Shown in pieces: positions 1 to 7,948 of a DNA stretch of 64,000 nucleotides (positions are counted from its first letter, which is position 1; each line of letters opens with the position of its first letter). The stretch is from a virus: positions 43,376 to 107,375 of IMG/VR virus record IMGVR_UViG_3300024264_000011; one strand, written 5' to 3'. The translations under genes and the position numbers were made by a program. Below the pieces are notes generated by a model. It made no database searches. It was given only the letters and a program-made list of their open reading frames with translations, and was not told the DNA's origin.

Positions 1-61
1 GTGTTGTCTTTTCTGTGAGTTTGGCAATATTACGTGCAAGAGCATTTTGTGTCTTAGACAT
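1..61 (-). CDS. hypothetical protein, N-terminal part (runs off the window)
   Basis: ATG at 61 reads MSKTQNALARNIAKLTEKTT with no stop before the edge; preceded by AAGGAAGG. Confidence 0.45.
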   Translation of the reverse strand, partial: MSKTQNALARNIAKLTEKTT

Positions 62-668
62 AAGGACCTTCCTTGATTGCATTCTTATCAAAGACATACT
101 CATCATACATTACATAATCATCCTTATCATAATCACATTGGAATACTGGATCTTGTTTAAACTCTTCCATCTCCTTGTAGAACTCATCTAGATCATCATA
201 CAATCCTTGATAGTATGAATCAAAGTGAACTAATTGATCAACTGGGAAGTGTTGAAGAAATACATTCACTGCATCATTAGAATATGTTGATGAATACCCT
301 TGATAGTCATCATAATACTTTTGAAACTGATCTAATGGTAGATTTTCTGTTGCTGCATCAAAGATATCATCAATGATCCAATTATGATTCTCTTTAAACG
401 TTTGTAGATCAGTTAGATATATGAGAAGATCAGTTTCTTGTTTATCACATGATGCTTCTTCAGCAACTTCTTCAAACTTATTCTCTCCAACATCAGAAAT
501 AATACTATTCACAATCTCATGAAAGATACTGATCTTTTCATATTCTTCAGTGAGATGTTCAAATAGAATTTCATTCTTTTCTGCATCAGACATATGTTCT
601 AATCTATACCATGTTGCAGCGGAGATGAGATCATACTCCTTAGAATCAATTTCAGAAAATACAGTCAT
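54..668 (-). CDS. acidic ArdA-like (antirestriction/DNA-mimic) protein
   Basis: Very D/E-rich; C-terminus DAVNVFLQHF..HFDSYYQGLYDDLDEF..DYVMYDEYVF resembles the ArdA C-terminal pattern; ATG at 668 overlaps the upstream stop (ATGA). Confidence 0.5.
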   Translation of the reverse strand: MTVFSEIDSKEYDLISAATWYRLEHMSDAEKNEILFEHLTEEYEKISIFHEIVNSIISDVGENKFEEVAEEASCDKQETDLLIYLTDLQTFKENHNWIIDDIFDAATENLPLDQFQKYYDDYQGYSSTYSNDAVNVFLQHFPVDQLVHFDSYYQGLYDDLDEFYKEMEEFKQDPVFQCDYDKDDYVMYDEYVFDKNAIKEGPYV

Positions 669-967
669 GAGTTCTCCCAATAAGGATTAAATACATACTT
701 ACCACAAATAAAGTAATCACATTCAAGTTCTTCTAGATTCACATCATTAATCTCATCAATGATTGCAAGATCAAAACAGTTGGCAAGATCACCAAATGCA
801 GCATCATATGAATCTTCCGCACATATGGTTTTCATATGATCTAAGAATTCATCAATTGTATTCTCATCATATGAATCAACATACCGTTCATACAAATCAA
901 AATAGTAATCAGTCTCAAATGAACATTCTCCATACAAAGAACGATAATGATCTAAAAGTTCAGTCAT
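665..967 (-). CDS. acidic ArdA-like paralog
   Basis: D/E-rich; ends DYFICGKYVFN like the neighbour and ArdA-type C-termini; ATG at 967 in a TGATG overlap. Confidence 0.4.
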   Translation of the reverse strand: MTELLDHYRSLYGECSFETDYYFDLYERYVDSYDENTIDEFLDHMKTICAEDSYDAAFGDLANCFDLAIIDEINDVNLEELECDYFICGKYVFNPYWENS

Positions 968-1164
968 CAGTGAGTTACCTTGAAACAAACAGAATTGAAT
1001 TTACCTGTGATACCTTCTAATGATACCTTTGTGTGTTGTCGATGAACTTCTACATCAGTGAGAATGTATACTTCATTCAGTATACATGGTGGCCAATCAT
1101 TGTTACCCCACTGTTGTTGTTCCTTGGTACAACCTATAAACTGTACACGATCACCTGGGTTCAT
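967..1164 (-). CDS. conserved cyanophage hypothetical protein
   Basis: 65 aa, FIGCTKEQQQWGNND...EVHRQHTK...FNSVCF; tightly packed in the operon. Confidence 0.7.
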   Translation of the reverse strand: MNPGDRVQFIGCTKEQQQWGNNDWPPCILNEVYILTDVEVHRQHTKVSLEGITGKFNSVCFKVTH

Positions 1165-1342
1165 TTCGATATTCCTCTAATATATCTACGTCGTTTCCAT
1201 ACAGTCCCATGTTCATGTAAACACAATCAAGAAATCTTAAATCATCAATCGATGCACCTAATGTAAACTCATCACAATAACGAATGATTGCTGGTGGAAC
1301 TGGAATTTCTTGGTAATTCATTTCAATAAAAAATGGAATCAT
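1151..1342 (-). CDS. hypothetical protein
   Basis: 63-aa ORF, ATGA-coupled to the upstream gene. Confidence 0.65.
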   Translation of the reverse strand: MIPFFIEMNYQEIPVPPAIIRYCDEFTLGASIDDLRFLDCVYMNMGLYGNDVDILEEYRNEPR

Positions 1343-1497
1343 TTCCCTCCTGTGTCATAGTTGAGTTTGTCATCATCTGATTTTAGATTTGCAATTTTAA
1401 CTCGATTGTGCAATTGATTTAATGCTGCAATCACTTCTGGAGTTTCTTCCCATTCCCAAGTTTCTCCACCTTTCTTAGTAAATTCTTTCTTTGTCAT
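1339..1497 (-). CDS. small hypothetical protein (EWEET motif family)
   Basis: MTKKEFTKKGGETWEWEETPEV; AGGAG SD before ATG 1497; paralog at 8444-8587. Confidence 0.7.
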   Translation of the reverse strand: MTKKEFTKKGGETWEWEETPEVIAALNQLHNRVKIANLKSDDDKLNYDTGGK

Positions 1498-1727
1498 TTG
1501 CGACTCTCCTGTAGTATTTGATTGACTTGAGTTTTTTCCTCGAAAGTCATAGCCTTCCAAAGACTATCTATCTTATCATACAATGGTTGTTTATGTCGAG
1601 TGTCTGTCCAGAGTGTAAACCAGATGTCCAAATACTCTTCCACCAATGATACTTTGAGTTTTTCTTGCATTTCTAGAGGTGAGCAGGGTGCAATGGGTCG
1701 GAAAGAGGGAAAATATGGAAAAAACAC
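1494..1727 (-). CDS. hypothetical protein
   Basis: 77-aa ORF (alternative ATG at 1670); stop overlaps the next ATG. Confidence 0.55.
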   Translation of the reverse strand: MFFPYFPSFRPIAPCSPLEMQEKLKVSLVEEYLDIWFTLWTDTRHKQPLYDKIDSLWKAMTFEEKTQVNQILQESRK

Positions 1728-1755
1728 GTCTTCCCTCTAGTGGTGGACTGGGTTC

Positions 1756-3162
1756 TCAGTACGTCCCGATCCAAGACCGACCCCGTACCACCGATGAACA
1801 GTATTGTTTGGTGAATACTTCTGTTGCACATTTCCACGTAGAAGTATTGGGCAAATAAACATCAAAAGAGTTATTTGCAACCAACTGATTAATTAATGTA
1901 GGGTTATCTTTGATAGACCTTGCATAATCAGTAAGATCATAATCATCAAGTTCAACACCAGGATTTAAACGCACAAGACGACCAAGTTGTTGAAGAAAAC
2001 TGATGATGATTTCTTCACCACTAGAATCACGTTTGATATTACTGCGGAATGACATATAAGATGACAAGTTCTTGATATCCATTCCACATTTACCTTTCTC
2101 AACTGTCAGTAGAAATGTCAGTGGATGTTCTGGATCACGAAGATTTTCTTTGATTTCATCGTCACCATCATCACACACAATACGAGATCCATTGATAGAA
2201 TACATTGCTTTTTCTTCAGCTGACATAATTGCAAGAATAGGTTCATCACGATCAAACCAAGGATTCTGTTCCAGATAGTCTAGAATTTGTTTTTTTGTAT
2301 ATTCAATAGTCCAGGGATTTGCATTTTTACTGTCAATATTTGGAGCACACTGAATCATCATAGTTTGTTTTTTGTTTGCAAGTCCACGACGATTAGTGAA
2401 TTTTGACAGTGCATTTTGCAGTGCAAAAACTGCATCTGACATGTCAAATAACTCACAATTATCTAACCATGCACTCCTACCAATCAAGAGTTCCTTTGGA
2501 CAAAATTGATTTACAATACAGAACTCCATACCAGGAGCTGGGTTAATCTTATTCAGATGTTCTGCATTGGGTGTTGCAGTGATACCAAAAATCTTTGATG
2601 TAATTTTAGATACATTCATACACCACTTAAACAAGACTGCATTATAGTCCGATGGAGTGTTACCAGTTACATTCTTGTAATTCTCAAAACAGGAAACAGT
2701 CCACAAATGTGCTTCGTCAATGATCACTGCACAATCTGTATTGGTTTTAACCAACCATTCACCAAACTCTTTTCCTGCAGTTCCACCAGACAGAGAAGCA
2801 TGATTAATTGTCAAAAGAACTGGAATACCTTTGTTGATTTCTTTTTTTACTTTTGCAAACAAACGTTTGTTGTTTTTATGTCCACGAGTGCTTTCAAATT
2901 TTGCACCACACTCGAATGCAATATCTTCAAACAGATCATCCTCACGAACAGAATCTTCTGGTACTGAGTATATGGTTAACTTAGTTTTTTTGTTACGAAT
3001 AAGTTCAGGAATCCAATCATATACACAAGAGTGAGTTTTACCCTGACCAGTCACACCAGTGAAGATGTGCATTTTATTCCTGAGAGTATCAAAATTATTA
3101 CGATCTACTAGTTCCATGAAAGGATTAACTAGGTAGTCAATGCGTGGATCAGTCATGGACAT
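1756..3162 (-). CDS. SF2 DEAH-box helicase/ATPase (ResIII-like)
   Basis: Walker A GVTGQGKT, IIDEAH, motif III ITAT, motif VI QQLGRLVR. Confidence 0.85.
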   Translation of the reverse strand: MSMTDPRIDYLVNPFMELVDRNNFDTLRNKMHIFTGVTGQGKTHSCVYDWIPELIRNKKTKLTIYSVPEDSVREDDLFEDIAFECGAKFESTRGHKNNKRLFAKVKKEINKGIPVLLTINHASLSGGTAGKEFGEWLVKTNTDCAVIIDEAHLWTVSCFENYKNVTGNTPSDYNAVLFKWCMNVSKITSKIFGITATPNAEHLNKINPAPGMEFCIVNQFCPKELLIGRSAWLDNCELFDMSDAVFALQNALSKFTNRRGLANKKQTMMIQCAPNIDSKNANPWTIEYTKKQILDYLEQNPWFDRDEPILAIMSAEEKAMYSINGSRIVCDDGDDEIKENLRDPEHPLTFLLTVEKGKCGMDIKNLSSYMSFRSNIKRDSSGEEIIISFLQQLGRLVRLNPGVELDDYDLTDYARSIKDNPTLINQLVANNSFDVYLPNTSTWKCATEVFTKQYCSSVVRGRSWIGTY

Positions 3163-3175
3163 TTGATTGATTACT

Positions 3176-3237
3176 TGGCTAATATACAGGTTATGGGGTC
3201 GGAAGTCAAGGGGTTGTGACCAGTTCGTAAACTGGAC
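3176..3237 (-). promoter_or_regulatory. early sigma70-type promoter with upstream dyad
   Basis: TTGACT (3209-3204) N17 TATATT (3186-3181); upstream GTCCAGTTTACGAACTGGTCAC. Confidence 0.8.
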
Positions 3238-4475
3238 TAAGCAAATACCTCAACCGACTTACCTTCCTTAAAAATAGAGTCAACAACATACTGGAGACGT
3301 TTTGCAACAGCACCACCATGATTCTTATGAACTGGGACAGTCACAAACCCAGTAGATTTGCGATAGAGTTGACACTGACCTGCAGGAATCTTACCGGATT
3401 GAATATCTTTGATATCGTCAATATGCAGACGGATAACACGACCGATAGTCTGTGCCATCTCAATCAATGGAAGATTACGCAGCAAAATGCAGTGAGTCAA
3501 ACCAGGTACGTTGATACCCTCAGACAGAATGGAATAGTGAAACAACAGGAATTTCTTGTTGTCATCTTTACCATAACGAGTCAGAGTGTCAAAGAATACC
3601 TCACGACTCACTTTTGTTTTGTTGACATATGCACCGTGTTTAGAGGTGATATGCATGATCTCAAAACCACGTTCTGTGAGTTGTTGAATCACATCAGATT
3701 GTGTCAACATGTTCCACAGAACGCGAGTCGATGGTGCAGCAACTAATACTTTGGATGCATTAGTTTCATCAAGTGTGTCAAGAATACTCAGGACAGTTTC
3801 ACTATCAACCTGTGCAGCAGTATCCTTCTGACGTACAATGTCAGTCTCGTGAGTATGAATAGTGGGAGGAATGATCGAACCAGACTCAATCAGTTCTTGT
3901 GCAGGTACTTTTTCAATCACATCTCCGTACACAAAAGTATTATTCATACCGTTTGCATGTGGGTCGCGATTGTTACGCGGAGTCGCAGTGAAGTAATACG
4001 AACGACGCGCAATCATGGACGCAGATGCAACAGACTTGAAGAAATCTCTGCGGGTAGAGTTATGTGCTTCATCACAATACATCACGTCAATGTCAATACC
4101 TGCACTCACAACCTTGTTCAAAGAGTTGTAAGTAGTGAAGATGATGCAGGACTCAGATGCAGCACGCGCAACGTTGTTGAACATTGCGATCTTGTCAGAT
4201 TTGGTGGAAGAGAAATACTCAGTCTCACCACTGTGAACATGACAAACATGCACCCATGTGCGAGAGATTTGTTCCATGAACTCACTGCAAAGTTGGTTTG
4301 CAAGGAGAATACGTGGAGAAACAACTACGATGGTCTTAGGACCACTCTTAAGAGCGTTGATTGCATCAACAATCATGCACAGAGTCTTACCACCACCAGT
4401 AGGAACAAAGATGCGACCTTTGTTGAATTCCTGCATCTTGTTAGTGATGCGGGTTTGGTGGGAACGAAGAATCAT
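3237..4475 (-). CDS. SF2 DEAH-box helicase (ResIII/UvsW-like)
   Basis: PTGGGKT, CDEAH, FTATP, SEGINVP, QTIGRVIR motifs. Confidence 0.88.
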   Translation of the reverse strand: MILRSHQTRITNKMQEFNKGRIFVPTGGGKTLCMIVDAINALKSGPKTIVVVSPRILLANQLCSEFMEQISRTWVHVCHVHSGETEYFSSTKSDKIAMFNNVARAASESCIIFTTYNSLNKVVSAGIDIDVMYCDEAHNSTRRDFFKSVASASMIARRSYYFTATPRNNRDPHANGMNNTFVYGDVIEKVPAQELIESGSIIPPTIHTHETDIVRQKDTAAQVDSETVLSILDTLDETNASKVLVAAPSTRVLWNMLTQSDVIQQLTERGFEIMHITSKHGAYVNKTKVSREVFFDTLTRYGKDDNKKFLLFHYSILSEGINVPGLTHCILLRNLPLIEMAQTIGRVIRLHIDDIKDIQSGKIPAGQCQLYRKSTGFVTVPVHKNHGGAVAKRLQYVVDSIFKEGKSVEVFA

Positions 4476-4493
4476 GCAGTACGTCTCTCAATG

Positions 4494-4527
4494 TGGCTAA
4501 TATACGCGAAAACCCCCTTGGGGTCAA
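4494..4527 (-). promoter_or_regulatory. early sigma70-type promoter
   Basis: TTGACC (4527-4522) N17 TATATT (4504-4499) followed by AGCCA. Confidence 0.8.
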
Positions 4528-4532
4528 GGGGG
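4509..4532 (-). terminator. intrinsic terminator overlapping the -35 box
   Basis: CCCCCTTG-ACCC-CAAGGGGG followed by TTTT. Confidence 0.7.
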
Positions 4533-4552
4533 CGAACGATCAGTCTCTCTTA

Positions 4553-4795
4553 TCAGTCTACTTGTTCTGTATTAGATATTCTTTCCAACCACAAAAAGGC
4601 ATAGTCGTCTCCTTCTTTTGCTGTTCCCCATTCTTTATACTCTTGCACCAAAGCGTATATGTCTCTCCACTTATTTTGTCTTTCTAGTTTGCACATCCGT
4701 TCTTCAACTATTTCTAGTTGAGTGTCAATGATTTCCTCTGCATTTGTATCAATGTCTTCAAACAGGATGAAGAACTTACTCAGTTGGTCACTCAT
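4553..4795 (-). CDS. hypothetical protein
   Basis: 80-aa ORF, ATGA-coupled. Confidence 0.65.
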   Translation of the reverse strand: MSDQLSKFFILFEDIDTNAEEIIDTQLEIVEERMCKLERQNKWRDIYALVQEYKEWGTAKEGDDYAFLWLERISNTEQVD

Positions 4796-5112
4796 TTTAG
4801 TTTCTTGAAGAATTTATAAGCACAGTATACTGCGCCGCCTACCAGAAGGAAAGGCCAGAAAGTTACAACCAGTAAAATTGTACCTCCTAGGACAATCCAG
4901 AAGAAAGTTACATCACTTGTGTTGTTTGAAACAAAGTTTACAGCGTTAGAAGCACCAGATCGGAATGAATCACTCACAGATCTGGTAGAAAGAACTTTGC
5001 CAGCATATTGTGCTGAACCTTGTTCACGTGCTTCTTTGTGAGTGATACAATCATCTACAGGTTTCCAACTAAGTCTACCTGAAGGTGTCCTAACTAATAC
5101 TTCAAATGCCAT
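4792..5112 (-). CDS. hypothetical membrane protein
   Basis: C-terminal hydrophobic stretch FFWIVLGGTILLVVTFWPFLLVGGAVY then a basic tail. Confidence 0.7.
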   Translation of the reverse strand: MAFEVLVRTPSGRLSWKPVDDCITHKEAREQGSAQYAGKVLSTRSVSDSFRSGASNAVNFVSNNTSDVTFFWIVLGGTILLVVTFWPFLLVGGAVYCAYKFFKKLK

Positions 5113-5360
5113 TAAAGTGTGCCTGCGTTGTTGATGAACTCTTTAGCGTCACTTACAGTATTGAAATTCCCAACAAACTGATACTCAGGTCCGCTGTCTG
5201 TTTCAATAACTTTTTTGATCGAGAAACCACCGTTCTCTTTATCTTCGTAGATAGCACCGATGATTTCACCATTGTTGTAGACGACCTCATTGTAAAGAAC
5301 AAACTTGAGATTGCGGTGGTATTTAATACCAGTAGTGTCTTCGATGTGCATCATAATCAA
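5112..5360 (-). CDS. hypothetical protein
   Basis: 82-aa ORF with coupled stop/start. Confidence 0.65.
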   Translation of the reverse strand: MIMMHIEDTTGIKYHRNLKFVLYNEVVYNNGEIIGAIYEDKENGGFSIKKVIETDSGPEYQFVGNFNTVSDAKEFINNAGTL

Positions 5361-5638
5361 ACGAATTGAAGATCGGGAACGTTAGTTACAGAGAAGTTAT
5401 TGAGTTGTTTAGGATTCTGTCCCACGGATACGTTAGGGGGCAAGATGCTGAATTGATCATACAGAACCCAGTCATCTTCATGTTCTGCAATAACAGCAAA
5501 ACCGAAAACTCCTGCGGTTGGCAACATGTAAAGACCATGTTTTTCTGCCTGTTTGAGTGATGCAAACCCACGAGCAGTGATGGTCCAGGTGATACCTGAC
5601 TGATCACCACCGAAGTAAGCGCAGATGAAGTCGGTCAT
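5357..5638 (-). CDS. hypothetical protein
   Basis: GAGG SD then ATG 5638 (MTDFICAYFGG), directly downstream of a promoter. Confidence 0.7.
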   Translation of the reverse strand: MTDFICAYFGGDQSGITWTITARGFASLKQAEKHGLYMLPTAGVFGFAVIAEHEDDWVLYDQFSILPPNVSVGQNPKQLNNFSVTNVPDLQFV

Positions 5639-5655
5639 TCGTGTTCCTCTCAACA

Positions 5656-5718
5656 TGGCTAATATACACCAGATCAGGGTCTGATGGGGAGATGGTGGAC
5701 ACTTCCCTGACTGTCACC
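5656..5718 (-). promoter_or_regulatory. early promoter (-10 only) with upstream dyad
   Basis: GTATATTAGCCA; no consensus -35; upstream GTGACAGTCAGGGAAGTGTCCAC. Confidence 0.7.
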
Positions 5719-5881
5719 AGATCTCAGTCCATCGTTTGTGGTTTGATTTGCTGATTCTACCTTGATTAAGCATGTTATCACACACTCTCACGAACACTTG
5801 AAACTTTTCCTCGCGAGTGAGAGTATCTGCACCGTCACATTTTGACATGACGTTGATCATTTGTGTTTTGGAAGTAATCAT
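5714..5881 (-). CDS. small cyanophage hypothetical protein (55 aa)
   Basis: Hand-translated MITSKTQMINVMSKCDGADTLTREEKFQVFVRVCDNMLNQGRISKSNHKRWTEIW; below the ORF-track cutoff. Confidence 0.65.
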   Translation of the reverse strand: MITSKTQMINVMSKCDGADTLTREEKFQVFVRVCDNMLNQGRISKSNHKRWTEIW

Positions 5882-5908
5882 CAGTCGAGAACAGAAATTA
5901 GCTAATAA

Positions 5909-6061
5909 TTAACCTCCAAACATGTCGTCGAATAGTTGTTGTCCAGAACGCTCATCATTTTCGTATTTCTTTGCATATTGCGCCATGCGTTCTAGTGCTT
6001 CATCGCGAGAGATTGACTCGGGGAAGAAATACTCACGGCCTGATGGAGTTGTGTAGCGCAT
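5909..6061 (-). CDS. small hypothetical protein (50 aa)
   Basis: MRYTTPSGREYFF...QQLFDDMFGG; ATG 6061 lies downstream of the promoter, so the longer ORF-track start is unlikely. Confidence 0.65.
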   Translation of the reverse strand: MRYTTPSGREYFFPESISRDEALERMAQYAKKYENDERSGQQLFDDMFGG

Positions 6062-6088
6062 TGGGTTTGTTCCCTTGAGTACCTTGTA

Positions 6089-6146
6089 ATTATAAACCCT
6101 CCGACAACTCGCCGAGGGCCTCCTGTAGACAGTTCTGCAAGTGGTT
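6089..6146 (-). promoter_or_regulatory. early promoter (-10 TATAAT) with upstream dyad
   Basis: TATAAT at 6094-6089; upstream AACCACTTGCAGAACTGTCTAC at the same spacing as the other sites. Confidence 0.65.
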
Positions 6147-6195
6147 GTAGAGACCACTGTCGTCAACGTCGTGATGGGCAGCAAGGTTTCTGGTG

Positions 6196-6747
6196 TCATT
6201 TAATGAAATGATGTGGATTATTTTTATTATGTAGTGCATCAAACATGAGTGAAATGCCTACGGTATTACCAACATTTACAATACCATATGGTAAATGATG
6301 ATTGAACCAATATAACACACCAGGATCCAAACGGAGTAAGTTCCCACCAATAAGCATATGGTAGGTTGACTGTAATGGCAAAAAATATCTATCTCTCGTC
6401 TTATAATAATTACCGTCATCAACGTTTGGTTTGACAACAGCACCTGGGTTCATCTTAATAAAACCAGTTCTACATGGTTTTTTTACTTTTATATCTCTAA
6501 AGAAGTCTTTTACTTCACTATATTTTTCTAAAAACTCGGTACTTACTTGTTTGTCATTATCTTTTACATTACAACTAAATGAGTTTTTAACAGTAATTAA
6601 GGGTACAATTTTAGTTTGTTCTAAATTGTGCCCAAATATAATACGATCTTGATCATTCATATAGTTCCAATCTTTCCAGTTATCATATAACTTAGAAACG
6701 AAAGGACTTACATCAATATTATTTTTTACTACTACTATACTATTCAT
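6196..6747 (-). CDS. Asp/Asn beta-hydroxylase-like (2OG-Fe(II)) protein with degenerate active site
   Basis: PGAVVKPNVDDGNYYKTRDRY...PGVLYWFNHHLPYGIVN...ISLMFD follows the family scaffold, but the metal ligands are substituted. Confidence 0.7.
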   Translation of the reverse strand: MNSIVVVKNNIDVSPFVSKLYDNWKDWNYMNDQDRIIFGHNLEQTKIVPLITVKNSFSCNVKDNDKQVSTEFLEKYSEVKDFFRDIKVKKPCRTGFIKMNPGAVVKPNVDDGNYYKTRDRYFLPLQSTYHMLIGGNLLRLDPGVLYWFNHHLPYGIVNVGNTVGISLMFDALHNKNNPHHFIK

Positions 6748-6752
6748 TTGTG

Positions 6753-6914
6753 TTACGATGTCATAATTTTTTCGTAAAGTGAATCAAACATCTCTTTGTC
6801 GTAATTAGTGCGACCACCAGCAATTCCATGCTCCCACACATCCATCATAATTTCTTGCAACAAAACTATTTCCTCGTAAGAAAGATTTTCAATAGAAAGA
6901 TTGTTAATTGACAT
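6753..6914 (-). CDS. small hypothetical protein (53 aa)
   Basis: Hand-translated MSINNLSIENLSYEEIVLLQEIMMDVWEHG...FDSLYEKIMTS. Confidence 0.6.
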   Translation of the reverse strand: MSINNLSIENLSYEEIVLLQEIMMDVWEHGIAGGRTNYDKEMFDSLYEKIMTS

Positions 6915-6916
6915 AA

Positions 6917-7168
6917 TTAGCATGAACAAGCGAGGGCAGAGTTAAAAAATTGTGGATCTGTGTGAATGTCGGTCACTTCGTAACCATAACCATAAACACG
7001 GGAATCAATCTCACGTTGCATATCTTTTTTGTTGATGTAACGCATGGATTGTTTATCTTTCATGAAAGTAACAATTTTGAGCATGTGACGGTTGTTGGTA
7101 GTTCCATCAGCATATTTGACGGGATAGAAATCAACAACCATGGAAGAATCTTTAGATGTGAGTTGCAT
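6917..7168 (-). CDS. cyanophage hypothetical protein
   Basis: MQLTSKDSSMVVDFYPVK...; first gene after a promoter. Confidence 0.7.
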   Translation of the reverse strand: MQLTSKDSSMVVDFYPVKYADGTTNNRHMLKIVTFMKDKQSMRYINKKDMQREIDSRVYGYGYEVTDIHTDPQFFNSALACSC

Positions 7169-7191
7169 CGTTTGGGGTGTTTCTCTTAACA

Positions 7192-7256
7192 TGGCTAATA
7201 TACATCACATGAGAGGGGTCTACAAGCGTCTGTGGGACACTTCAACCACCGTCTAC
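7192..7256 (-). promoter_or_regulatory. early sigma70-type promoter with upstream dyad
   Basis: TTGTAG (7225-7220) N17 TATATT (7202-7197); upstream GTAGACGGTGGTTGAAGTGTCCCAC. Confidence 0.7.
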
Positions 7257-7646
7257 CTGACAACCTACCATAGCACCACTAACTACACCTAAAGGAATCG
7301 ACCAGATCCAATTCTTTTTAGTAGCAAGAGTGCCACCTGCTGCACCACCTAGAATACCACCAACAACAGTACCCTCAACGCAAGAATTGTCATCAACATG
7401 TTTCTTAGAGTTATGATTATGGTGTGGGTGTGGATGAATAAACTTCACCTTTTTCTTACAAGGAATTTCTTTTTTGTCTGTATATGTGCGAACATAACCA
7501 GGATTTCTTCTAGTTCCTGGGATATATTCCTCACGATATACAGTCTTGTAACACTTCACATCTCTAGAATAGCCAGAACGTGATCCAGCAATGACATTAG
7601 TCGGGAGTAAGAGAATCGTTAGCAATAATAGAATCGATTTTTTCAT
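7242..7646 (-). CDS. secreted/membrane protein with glycine-zipper 2TM domain
   Basis: Signal peptide MKKSILLLLTILLLPTNVIA; REEYIPG motif; C-terminal DDNSCVEGTVVGGILGGAAGG...GAMVGC. Confidence 0.75.
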   Translation of the reverse strand: MKKSILLLLTILLLPTNVIAGSRSGYSRDVKCYKTVYREEYIPGTRRNPGYVRTYTDKKEIPCKKKVKFIHPHPHHNHNSKKHVDDNSCVEGTVVGGILGGAAGGTLATKKNWIWSIPLGVVSGAMVGCQVDGG

Positions 7647-7827
7647 TTTGGAGTACCTTGTCGGTATAGTTGTGAATAATTTCAGTAATTTCATCCTCTG
7701 TCATTGTATTTAACCATGACCACACTGGATCATCTGGATCCCACTCCATTGTAAAAGATCCATCATCATTCTCACTAACTTTCAGAGTATCAATCGGTGG
7801 GGATTCTGGGGTTTCTGAATGTTCCAT
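7597..7827 (-). CDS. hypothetical protein
   Basis: Acidic 76 aa, DDGSFTMEWDPDDPVWSWLN. Confidence 0.65.
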   Translation of the reverse strand: MEHSETPESPPIDTLKVSENDDGSFTMEWDPDDPVWSWLNTMTEDEITEIIHNYTDKVLQNEKIDSIIANDSLTPD

Positions 7828-7948
7828 AATAATTTACATATGCTAAAAATCTATTGATGTTTGGTGTTACTCCCAACGAAAGACAACACTCATACCAGGA
7901 TTGAAAATCTTCATTGACATCCTCCCCCAATTTAAAGTTGATGATCAT
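7790..7948 (-). CDS. small hypothetical protein (52 aa)
   Basis: Hand-translated MIINFKLGEDVNEDFQSWYECCLSLGVTPNINRFLAYVNYYG..; ATGA overlap with the upstream stop. Confidence 0.55.
   Translation of the reverse strand: MIINFKLGEDVNEDFQSWYECCLSLGVTPNINRFLAYVNYYGTFRNPRIPTD

Noticed and set aside
1756-4475. Helicases as a complete type I/III restriction-modification system
   Set aside because: No methyltransferase, specificity subunit or nuclease motif seen
3849-4604. 251-aa plus-strand ORF (and 142-aa ORF at 3318-3746)
   Set aside because: Antisense shadows of the helicase gene with no motifs or evident RBS; expected from codon bias
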